A stretch of DNA of 35,414 bases from a virus. Taxonomy: Duplodnaviria > Caudoviricetes. Below, one piece after another: positions 17,291-23,908 of this stretch (within the stretch, counting starts at the first letter, position 1; every line of letters starts with the position of its first letter). A program made the position numbers and the translations under genes. Under the pieces are notes generated by a model. It made no database searches, was not told the origin of the DNA, and worked only from the letters and a program-made list of their open reading frames with translations. Location: IMG/VR virus record IMGVR_UViG_3300032290_000948, positions 1 to 35,414 of that record. One strand, 5' to 3'.

Positions 17291-17430
17291 GCTCACTGTA
17301 CCGACTGGTGCGGACGGTCGCACCCGAGCACTCCAGCCCCTAAGCTGAGTGTCCTCTGAATCGGCAGAGGGCGTTCCGCTGCAGGCCGGCAGCGGTGAGG
17401 CGTGCGGGCGCGTGAGCCGGCGCCACCGGC
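17291..17430. ncRNA. Candidate structured RNA (five hairpins, long-range closing helix, possible pseudoknot); minus strand slightly favoured
   Basis: Inverted repeats read by hand, listed in the finding; no ORF and no U-tract. Confidence 0.45.
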
Positions 17431-17437
17431 CAACTAT

Positions 17438-17611
17438 TCAGCGTGCCAGCAGGTGGTCGAGGTACAGCTCTGCCTGCCATAGGTCGCTCGAGTACCGGCA
17501 GTAGCCATTGGCGCAGCTGCGGTAGTACAGCTCGCCACCACCGGCGGGTTCCAGCGTTTCGATGGAGCCACCGTCCCGCTCGTGTCGACTGATCACTTCC
17601 GGGTTGGACAT
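17438..17611 (-). CDS. Small hypothetical protein
   Basis: MSNPEV...YYRSCANGYCRYSSDLWQA; last gene of the leftward operon. Confidence 0.6.
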   Translation of the reverse strand: MSNPEVISRHERDGGSIETLEPAGGGELYYRSCANGYCRYSSDLWQAELYLDHLLAR

Positions 17612-17931
17612 GCCTTGAAGACCGAGCACTGGGCCGCAAATCTTCCACCAGTCTGACTTGCCTCTGGCCAGCCGAAGCCGCACTGTGCGCTCATCGCTTC
17701 CCAGTGAATGCACTGCCAGCAGAGCGGCTTGTTGTCAGCCTTGCGGTTCAGCTGACGTTTCATGTCGGTGTAGATCCGCTCAGCCTTGAAGATCGCCTCT
17801 TCGGCGCTCGCTGTCTCCAGGCTGGCTTTGAGCTGTTTGTCTGGTGTTGATCCAAGCCTGATGCGGAGATGCCAGACGTGATCCTGCAGGTTGAGGATCA
17901 TGCGCCCGGCATGAAACCGCATCATGGCCAT
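17593..17931 (-). CDS. Hypothetical protein: possible DNA-binding N-terminus plus 4-Cys domain
   Basis: W..RIRL......SLET...EEA...AE..Y resembles integrase-arm-like domains; CWQC...C...WPE...FAAQC. Confidence 0.6.
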   Translation of the reverse strand: MAMMRFHAGRMILNLQDHVWHLRIRLGSTPDKQLKASLETASAEEAIFKAERIYTDMKRQLNRKADNKPLCWQCIHWEAMSAQCGFGWPEASQTGGRFAAQCSVFKACPTRK

Positions 17932-18455
17932 AGTGCTGCGTCGATCTTGCGACGGAATTCTTCAATGCTGCTGTCATTATCAATGACAACGTCGAATTCG
18001 TCCCAGTCGTCCAGAGCACCTTCAGAAACGTGTCGGCCATCGTGTACGGCTGATGGACGCACGATCTTCCAGAGCTGGCCGCCGGCGGCCTTGACAGTTT
18101 CGGCCTCGTTTAGGAAGCGGACATCGTCAGTGACGACATGGTCGTGCCGGCTGGCGCGGGCATGCCAACACTGCAGCCAAGTGTCTGCACCGATCCGCTC
18201 GCGACCCCATTCTGTACCAAGCGTCTGCAAGATCCAGCGGACACTGCAGCCAAGCTCAGGCACGATGAAGCCTTTATCGGTCCAGACCAGCTTCAGGGCA
18301 TGGTCTTCGCGATAGCCGAGGCTGACCAAGAACGACACCGCCATCCGCTTGAGCGGCTCGGCAAAGCTGACCGGCTGGAAGCAGTGGTGCGTGAGAACGG
18401 TTGCAACAAAGGTCTTCCCGGATTGCGGCGCCGGGCTGTAAAGGCCAATGATCAT
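17922..18455 (-). CDS. Deoxynucleoside monophosphate kinase (T4 gp1-like)
   Basis: IIGL....SGKT.VA, FAEPLK, R..LQ.LGTEWGR, DVRF.NE, H.SE, DVVIDND. Confidence 0.88.
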   Translation of the reverse strand: MIIGLYSPAPQSGKTFVATVLTHHCFQPVSFAEPLKRMAVSFLVSLGYREDHALKLVWTDKGFIVPELGCSVRWILQTLGTEWGRERIGADTWLQCWHARASRHDHVVTDDVRFLNEAETVKAAGGQLWKIVRPSAVHDGRHVSEGALDDWDEFDVVIDNDSSIEEFRRKIDAALWP

Positions 18456-18649
18456 CGGTCGAACTCCTGAACAGCCCACCAGGCAGCGCGAGCCTCATCA
18501 GCGCTGTTGCGCATGAATTCTTGCCAGAGGCCGGTGTAGGTCTTGCGCAGCGGATGGCCCTTCGGCAGCTGGTCGCGACCTGACTGCTCGTAGAGGTACT
18601 CAAGGAATTCCGCCTTTGGCTGTTCGGTAGCGGGGTGGCAGTCAAACAT
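18452..18649 (-). CDS. Small hypothetical protein
   Basis: FLE.LY..SGR.....HP...TYTGLWQ; coupled. Confidence 0.6.
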   Translation of the reverse strand: MFDCHPATEQPKAEFLEYLYEQSGRDQLPKGHPLRKTYTGLWQEFMRNSADEARAAWWAVQEFDR

Positions 18650-18839
18650 CGTGTCCAGCAAGCAAGCGAGCGTGTGCGAGAGCCTCTGAGTGGGTCACAA
18701 AAGAAGGCCCCCAGGTGACGTAGTTGCCGTCAAAGCACCATGGCTGGAAGACCAAGCCAAGGCCGCGATCGACGGGGTGAACGCCATAGCAGGGATGGTT
18801 CTGGCCTTTCCAGACGCCCTGCTCAGAGTGAATCACCAT
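18642..18839 (-). CDS. Small hypothetical protein
   Basis: Tiles the operon with short overlaps. Confidence 0.55.
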   Translation of the reverse strand: MVIHSEQGVWKGQNHPCYGVHPVDRGLGLVFQPWCFDGNYVTWGPSFVTHSEALAHARLLAGHDV

Positions 18840-18988
18840 TCTGGGGCAAGGCCAAGCACTTCGACTTGGCAACCGGGGTGAAGTTCAGCGGCGGTCCAGT
18901 GAGCGTTGGTGGCCGTGACGGCCCACGTCTTCCAGAGGCTGGTGGTGCCGTCTGGGCGGGTAAGGCGGATGTTGTAGAAGCCAGGCAT
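18833..18988 (-). CDS. Small hypothetical protein (MPGFYNIRL...)
   Basis: TGATG coupling to the upstream micro-ORF. Confidence 0.55.
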   Translation of the reverse strand: MPGFYNIRLTRPDGTTSLWKTWAVTATNAHWTAAELHPGCQVEVLGLAPEW

Positions 18989-19077
18989 CAGGGGAGGATC
19001 TTCTTGAGGACACAGATGGCCGCGATGCAGAACAGCCAGTAGCCGCAGGCTAGGAGGAGAGCGGTTTGGAGGGTCAC
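18988..19077 (-). CDS. 29-aa single-TM microprotein (VTLQTALLLACGYWLFCIAAICVLKKILP)
   Basis: Translated by hand; fills the gap exactly with GTGA and TGATG overlaps. Confidence 0.5.
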   Translation of the reverse strand: MTLQTALLLACGYWLFCIAAICVLKKILP

Positions 19078-19325
19078 GGTTGGCCCTCCAGCTCGGCGGC
19101 GATGGCGAGGAGTTTCTTGCGTGATTCTTGGCGTTCGTCACGCTCGTACTCCCAGCGTTGATCTCCCCCGTAGAGGGGTTCTTCTGGCACAACCTGATCC
19201 GCAGCAGCGCGAAGGGCGGCGGCGGCTATCTGTCGAGCTTCGTTGAGGCAATCTTCTGGGCCATAGGCGCTGCTGTTGTTGGCAGCATCCAGCACCGCCT
19301 GCGCGGCGGGGGAAAGGTCAGTCAT
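19074..19325 (-). CDS. Modular small protein, module C (LSPAAQAVLDA...LLAIAAELE)
   Basis: Coupled; shares its C-terminus with 23096..23455. Confidence 0.7.
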   Translation of the reverse strand: MTDLSPAAQAVLDAANNSSAYGPEDCLNEARQIAAAALRAAADQVVPEEPLYGGDQRWEYERDERQESRKKLLAIAAELEGQP

Positions 19326-19572
19326 CAAGTTGCTCCAGTGCGCGGCGGATGGTATCGGCCTCTGACTCACTGAGTCGATATTCAGGAGTGCCAAGCATTA
19401 CCGGGGCATCTTTCTTTCCTAGCAAAGCAAGCGCCTGTTCCTTCAAGCTCGGTGGCTTGGGCTCGGTCAGGGCGGCGCGGGCACGTTCCAGTAAGTCATG
19501 GTGCTTCATATCCACTGCGTAGGTGTTAAAGGCAGCGTGAAGCTCAGCGCACAGTGCTCGGAAGTCAGTCAT
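19318..19572 (-). CDS. Modular small protein, D+B (MTDFRALCAEL...PKPPSLKEQAL...RRALEQLDD)
   Basis: Coupled; module B shared with 19565..19894. Confidence 0.75.
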   Translation of the reverse strand: MTDFRALCAELHAAFNTYAVDMKHHDLLERARAALTEPKPPSLKEQALALLGKKDAPVMLGTPEYRLSESEADTIRRALEQLDD

Positions 19573-19894
19573 CGAGTTGCTCCAATGCGCGGCGGAGAAG
19601 GGTCAGATCGCATTGCAGATCCCAACGCTTTTCCAAACCAGTTACTACTTCTAGCGCCTGCTCTTTCAAGCTCGGCGGCTTGGGGCGGCGATGCCTGCGA
19701 AGGTCATCTGCGCTCCATGGAGGCAGCTTTGGCAGCCACTTACAACACGCCTCTAGCTCCTGGTTGGCGCCCCAGCGGGCGGCTTTGGTGGCCACGATTT
19801 GATACCACCGAGGAGAAGTTTTAATCTCATCGCCATCTTCATGGCACCACTGCTGCACCAGCTCAGGCGGTGGGGTGATCGGGTGGTTAGTCAT
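19565..19894 (-). CDS. Modular small protein, A+B (HPITPPPELV..W...AARWGANQEL...PKPPSLKEQAL...RRALEQLDD)
   Basis: GGAGG RBS; ATGA overlap; paralogous modules elsewhere in the window. Confidence 0.75.
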   Translation of the reverse strand: MTNHPITPPPELVQQWCHEDGDEIKTSPRWYQIVATKAARWGANQELEACCKWLPKLPPWSADDLRRHRRPKPPSLKEQALEVVTGLEKRWDLQCDLTLLRRALEQLDD

Positions 19895-20094
19895 GCCTCC
19901 ACCTCCGGCAGGGGAATGAGGTGCCACTCAACCACCTTGCTGTCCCAGTCCTCCCAGCAGTCTTCGTTGGTCCAACCTCCGGAGGCCTGGGGCCAATGGA
20001 CTGCCGGGAACCACTCGCCGTCGGCGTACCGCACCCAGTACCAGCGGTCCTTGATCAGCAGCTTCGGCGGTGGGGTGATCGGGTGGTCAGCCAA
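19891..20094 (-). CDS. Modular small protein: HPITPPP leader fused to a Trp-rich domain (TTG start)
   Basis: 22-bp identity with the start of 19565..19894. Confidence 0.65.
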   Translation of the reverse strand: MADHPITPPPKLLIKDRWYWVRYADGEWFPAVHWPQASGGWTNEDCWEDWDSKVVEWHLIPLPEVEA

Positions 20095-20287
20095 AAGTCA
20101 GATCCTCAATGATTTTTGTTTGGTGTTGGTGTTGTCTGATAATCAGCCTGTGAAATCCATCTCCTGAGAACTGCCGCAGATAGCGATAGCCTTCGCGGCG
20201 CACTGCCTCAAGGTCATTGGCAGAGCCACCGGCTTGCCAGTCGCCTTGGGCGTCCTCAAGCTCCCATTCGTAGTGGATGTCAGTCAT
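20087..20287 (-). CDS. Small hypothetical protein (MTDIHYEWEL...)
   Basis: Coupled in the operon. Confidence 0.6.
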   Translation of the reverse strand: MTDIHYEWELEDAQGDWQAGGSANDLEAVRREGYRYLRQFSGDGFHRLIIRQHQHQTKIIEDLTFG

Positions 20288-20531
20288 ACTCAGACAAATC
20301 ATTAAGGATTGCGTAGTCACCAATGATCGCTAGCGCTGCCTTGTTGTAAACACGAGCAGCTTCGACTTCGTCAGCAAAGTTGCCAAGGTTGAACACTGTT
20401 CCCTTGTGGCGCAGCGCAGCTCGATACGGCTTCTTGGCGTTGTTGCTTTTCTGCACACCCCTGTATCGACTGAATTTGCCGGGCGGCAACGGGCGGCCTG
20501 CCATCGCGAAGTAGTAATCCCTGTCGCTCAT
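20280..20531 (-). CDS. Stand-alone AP2-domain DNA-binding protein
   Basis: SRYRGV......YRA.L...G....LG.F..E.EAAR.YN.AA....GDYA.LN. Confidence 0.85.
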   Translation of the reverse strand: MSDRDYYFAMAGRPLPPGKFSRYRGVQKSNNAKKPYRAALRHKGTVFNLGNFADEVEAARVYNKAALAIIGDYAILNDLSEYD

Positions 20532-20539
20532 CAGACGCC

Positions 20540-20602
20540 TCACCATGTGTAAACCACTCCCAGCAGCAACGCCCAGATGATGATCAGCACCATTGGAATC
20601 AT
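20540..20602 (-). CDS. Possible 20-aa hydrophobic microprotein (MIPMVLIIIWALLLGVVYTW)
   Basis: ATGA overlap and GGAGG upstream; fills the gap. Confidence 0.35.
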   Translation of the reverse strand: MIPMVLIIIWALLLGVVYTW

Positions 20603-20988
20603 GACTGCACCTCCGGCGCCATCAGCATCTGCCGAATCCTGGTGGCCGTGAACGGCCCGCGAGCAATCCGCTGCCAGATCACCCGCATGGCAGCTACCGC
20701 CTCGATGTCAGCCATGCAGCTGCCGCATTCGTTCAGCGCTTGAGTGACCGCATCATGGGTCTCCCGATACAGCCTTGGCTCGGGTTCCATCAGCGCATCA
20801 CGCCAAGCAGCCACCTGCGCCAGCGACTGCAAGCCGAAGTTGCTCACCTTCATCAGGTCATCGCTGTCGGCCATCATGATCTGCTCGGCCGTAAAATACC
20901 CACCACGCAGCAGCGCATTGATCGTGCGCGTGGTCATGTAAACCGTGGTTTCCGGTATCAGCCGGAAGTCGTCTTCACTGGGGTGCAT
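20599..20988 (-). CDS. Protein with an RNA polymerase alpha-subunit CTD-like domain
   Basis: MTTRTINALLRGGYFTAEQIMMADSDDLMKVSNFGLQSLAQV aligns by eye with the alpha-CTD consensus LSVR..N.L....I.T...L......L....NFG.KSL.EI. Confidence 0.75.
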   Translation of the reverse strand: MHPSEDDFRLIPETTVYMTTRTINALLRGGYFTAEQIMMADSDDLMKVSNFGLQSLAQVAAWRDALMEPEPRLYRETHDAVTQALNECGSCMADIEAVAAMRVIWQRIARGPFTATRIRQMLMAPEVQS

Positions 20989-21013
20989 TGATCGAATTCA
21001 GGTGATCGATAAG

Positions 21014-21220
21014 TTATTTTGACTCTTTCGCAGCGGCGAGACGCCGCATGTCTGGAATCCACTTCCAATCGTTGCAGCCGCCCTGCTCAATCAGCGCGTT
21101 TCGGCCTCGTACATCCACAAGCACGCCACGCCTAGCGATTCCGTACCCGGCCTTGGGGCAGTAATGCTCCTCCCACTGCACCTCTTTCCCAATCAGTTTG
21201 CGAAGTTCTGCGATTTTCAT
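21014..21220 (-). CDS. Small hypothetical protein, SH3-like beta pattern
   Basis: GAGG upstream; LIGKEV...G.LVDVRG...W. Confidence 0.6.
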   Translation of the reverse strand: MKIAELRKLIGKEVQWEEHYCPKAGYGIARRGVLVDVRGRNALIEQGGCNDWKWIPDMRRLAAAKESK

Positions 21221-21229
21221 GCTTGCCTC

Positions 21230-21463
21230 TCACGCAAAATAACCACGCGATGCAGCGGACGGAGCCGCTGATCGCTGGAGTTCTTGCCTGGTCTGCCACA
21301 TCGGCTGACCGTCAACCTTGCGCTCCATCTCGGTAATGGCGCGGTGGATGCCTTTCAGGAACCAAAAGCGGCCGATGGCAGCGACTTTCGGCGCCTGGTT
21401 GAGCAACTGATCCCAGATCTTGTCCGGGCAGCTGTCCCAGTCCACGTCATCGCGAACAGTCAT
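21230..21463 (-). CDS. Small hypothetical protein (start uncertain)
   Basis: Tiles the operon. Confidence 0.5.
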   Translation of the reverse strand: MTVRDDVDWDSCPDKIWDQLLNQAPKVAAIGRFWFLKGIHRAITEMERKVDGQPMWQTRQELQRSAAPSAASRGYFA

Positions 21464-21638
21464 CCAGGGGCTCAACGCTTCGTTTAACGTCATCGTCCGG
21501 GTCGAGCCATTCGATGTATTGCCACATGGGGCCGTACTCATCGAAGGCTTTTGCTTTGGCATCGGTAAAACTGACGGCGGTGACGTAGTCGAACACGTTC
21601 GACTGTGGAATGGTGAAATGGTAATGGCGTTCGGTCAT
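21447..21638 (-). CDS. Small hypothetical protein
   Basis: ATGA overlap; YHF.IP..NV...V.A.SF.DAK..A. Confidence 0.6.
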   Translation of the reverse strand: MTERHYHFTIPQSNVFDYVTAVSFTDAKAKAFDEYGPMWQYIEWLDPDDDVKRSVEPLDDCSR

Positions 21639-21754
21639 TCGCAGATCGGCAGTTGACCTGCCGGCGTAGTAGCGGTTTGGCAGCGCATGCCGTGCTCGTG
21701 GACGATCGCGGCGATCGTCAGGACGGGAATGATGAAGATCAGAAGGCGCTTCAT
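21635..21754 (-). CDS. 39-aa signal/TM microprotein (MKRLLIFIIPVLTIAAIVHEHG...)
   Basis: Translated by hand; stop overlaps the next start. Confidence 0.5.
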   Translation of the reverse strand: MKRLLIFIIPVLTIAAIVHEHGMRCQTATTPAGQLPICE

Positions 21755-21797
21755 GGCAAAAGCGGTGGACAGGCCAATGATCGCGTGATCAGCCGAG

Positions 21798-22268
21798 CTA
21801 CGCAGCCGGCTTGTCGCAACTCGTTACATAGGCCTCACACTCGCTGGCGAACACCGGCCCCAGCTCCTCAAAATCCGGGAACTGCATGCGGCAACCGCTT
21901 TCGCGGCTGTAAAAATCGCAGCTGTTGCAATACCTGATACCATCTGCGTGCGGCTTTCGGTTGGTCAGCCAGCTGTAAGTAATTCCGCAGCGAGCCTGGC
22001 GGACAGCCTCCTTGCTAACCCCATACCGAAGCCCGAGCTCCACGTTGGTGACGTTGCGCGGTGAGGCGAGGATCTCCATCACCTGCTCATCCGTAAGTGA
22101 TCTGTTCATGCCGACGTTGCCCTCCGTCCATCGGTGGCCACAGTCTTTGCATTCATAGCGTCGAGAGATTGTTCCATTTTGTCTCGTGCTTTTTAAGAGA
22201 ACTCTGCGGTTTTCATGGCTACAGACGCCCTTGCTTACTGTGGACAGGTCAGCTGCATCGTGCTTCAT
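21798..22268 (-). CDS. Zn-ribbon + HTH + 4-Cys domain protein, putative regulator (start uncertain)
   Basis: STR......RRYEC..CGHRWT (NrdR-like ribbon); LTDEQV.EI.....N.EL..RYGVSKEAV (HTH); CNSC...C...FPD...FASEC. Confidence 0.7.
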   Translation of the reverse strand: MKHDAADLSTVSKGVCSHENRRVLLKSTRQNGTISRRYECKDCGHRWTEGNVGMNRSLTDEQVMEILASPRNVTNVELGLRYGVSKEAVRQARCGITYSWLTNRKPHADGIRYCNSCDFYSRESGCRMQFPDFEELGPVFASECEAYVTSCDKPAA

Positions 22269-22458
22269 GGAATTCGGTCGATGGCTACAGGCTGAAATGA
22301 CGCCAGAAGACAAGTGGAAGGTCGAGCTCGACGCACGCAAGACGGACCCGCGCACGGCCATGCTCTACCGCCTCTGCTGCCAGCAGCAGTTTCAGCTCCA
22401 GCAGGCAGTCAATGAGATCGCCCGTCTGGAGCTTCTGCTGATGGACTTCAGTCGATGA
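22267..22458 (+). CDS. Small coiled-coil protein on the opposite strand (MEFGRWLQ...)
   Basis: Fills a gap in the minus operon; TACTGT -10-like box at 22236; C-terminal coiled coil. Confidence 0.55.
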   Translation: MEFGRWLQAEMTPEDKWKVELDARKTDPRTAMLYRLCCQQQFQLQQAVNEIARLELLLMDFSR

Positions 22459-22756
22459 GCTGCTGCGCCTGCTCGTAGGTGGGCGCCTGGATGTGCCGGC
22501 TGATCACAGTGCCGTCCGCGACGGGATACTCGATCACCCAATCCGGCATTTCCTCGCGCCACAGCCGCATCAGCTCGCGAACCTCATCGGCAAGGGTGCC
22601 GGCCTGCTCATATGTCCAGCCGCGGCGCGCCACATTGAACTGCGCTGCGGTCTCGATGCGATCGGCCCAGCGGATCAGGGTGACAGTGTCGACGTCCGGG
22701 TTGGCGGTCTGCTCCCGGTACAGCTCGATCAGTCTGGATTGAGGGTAGGTGTTCAT
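22448..22756 (-). CDS. Hypothetical protein
   Basis: ATGA overlap; GC3 bias. Confidence 0.6.
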   Translation of the reverse strand: MNTYPQSRLIELYREQTANPDVDTVTLIRWADRIETAAQFNVARRGWTYEQAGTLADEVRELMRLWREEMPDWVIEYPVADGTVISRHIQAPTYEQAQQLID

Positions 22757-22956
22757 CGTTTCAGAAGGCGTTGCCAGTCGGTGACCAGGTGCCCGTGGTC
22801 GCGGGGTTCGGTGACAGGTGCAGTCTTGCCGCACACGTCGCAGCAGCCTTGGTGGTAGCTGGCGATGTGCTTGGCAGGGCCGACCCACCGGCCATCGATG
22901 TAGAAGCGACCGAGACGGCGGCCGCAGGGATTACAGATCCAGTCGGGGTAGTTCAT
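22753..22956 (-). CDS. Small Zn-finger protein
   Basis: WIC..CG...C.VCG....TEPRD.G. Confidence 0.65.
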   Translation of the reverse strand: MNYPDWICNPCGRRLGRFYIDGRWVGPAKHIASYHQGCCDVCGKTAPVTEPRDHGHLVTDWQRLLKR

Positions 22957-23099
22957 TGCCGTGGCTGGTTGAGTCCCCACTCGGCCGCCTCGAAGGCAAC
23001 GTGGTAGGGAATGGTCTGAGGATCGATCACGCCCTCGTGAACCATATCGATGGCGTCTTCGACCCAGTGTTCGATTAGTTCGAGGGGTGGTTCAGTCAT
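22953..23099 (-). CDS. Modular small protein, module A only (MTEPPLELIEHW...VAFEAAEWG); not in ORF track
   Basis: Translated by hand; ATGA overlaps at both ends. Confidence 0.6.
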   Translation of the reverse strand: MTEPPLELIEHWVEDAIDMVHEGVIDPQTIPYHVAFEAAEWGLNQPRQ

Positions 23100-23455
23100 T
23101 GGTCGGCCTCCAGCTCGGCGGCAAGCTCATCGAGCGTTGAGACTGGAACGCCGACCATGCTTTCGCCCTCGCCGTCGCAGACCATGTCGAAGGCGTAGGC
23201 CAGATGCGTGAGCACCCTGGCAATGCCATGGCGAATGCTCTCGCCTTCCTCAAACTCGTCAATCAGGCGCTGAGCGCGGGAGGTGAGATTGTGATCTAAC
23301 CACTCTGCATCTTTTGCAAGTTGTTGGTCTGCACCCCATTGGGCGGCTTCGTTAGCAATGCGGAACCACAGGGCTTCGGGGTCGGTGTCGCCCTGAAACC
23401 GCGACCAGTGACGCACCAACTCCGGCGGTGGGGTGATGGGGTGTTGGCTGGTCAT
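23096..23455 (-). CDS. Modular small protein, A+C
   Basis: HPITPPPELV..W...AAQWGADQQL then LT.RAQ...LAAELE. Confidence 0.75.
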   Translation of the reverse strand: MTSQHPITPPPELVRHWSRFQGDTDPEALWFRIANEAAQWGADQQLAKDAEWLDHNLTSRAQRLIDEFEEGESIRHGIARVLTHLAYAFDMVCDGEGESMVGVPVSTLDELAAELEADQ

Positions 23456-23733
23456 TCTTCAACCTCATAGCGCTTGCCGATGGCAGTAGCCCAAGCCACC
23501 AGATCACTGGCGCGGACGAGCTGCACTCCATCTTCAGGGCCATCAGCAACACGCCAGTGGCATGAAGCAGTGTCCCTGAGAGCGCACTCAATGGCAGCCT
23601 TGGCGCCCCAGGTTGCAGCCTTAGCGGCGATGTAGAGGGTCTTGTCGCAATGGGCAGCGCCGTTGGTGTCCCATTCGGCTTCCCATTGGCGGATCACTTC
23701 AGCGGGTGGAGAGATGAGTCGTTGATCAGTCAT
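23452..23733 (-). CDS. Modular small protein, divergent module A plus other domain
   Basis: ISPPAEVIRQW...IAAKAATWGA. Confidence 0.7.
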   Translation of the reverse strand: MTDQRLISPPAEVIRQWEAEWDTNGAAHCDKTLYIAAKAATWGAKAAIECALRDTASCHWRVADGPEDGVQLVRASDLVAWATAIGKRYEVEE

Positions 23734-23908
23734 CTTCGTTGGGCAGGATTTCAAGAAGGGATGTGATGCAGTGTCCCGTGGTGTTTTCAGCGCCAAGGCA
23801 GTAGCGCTCTGCTTCGCGCAGTGCCATGCGCAGCCGCTCCACAACGGGCCACGGATCGCGCAGTTCGGTGGAGAAGTCTTGGAATGGTGCTGGGTGAAAG
23901 CTAGTCAT
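23726..23908 (-). CDS. Small hypothetical protein
   Basis: Coupled at both ends. Confidence 0.6.
   Translation of the reverse strand: MTSFHPAPFQDFSTELRDPWPVVERLRMALREAERYCLGAENTTGHCITSLLEILPNEDD

Noticed and set aside
17291-17430. Assignment to a known ribozyme (hammerhead or HDV-like) or an intrinsic terminator
   Set aside because: No CUGANGA/GAAA core, no convincing HDV nested pseudoknot by eye, and no poly-U after any stem
23565-23780. 10-bp repeat GCAGTGTCCC in adjacent genes
   Set aside because: Short and read in different frames in the two genes; compatible with chance
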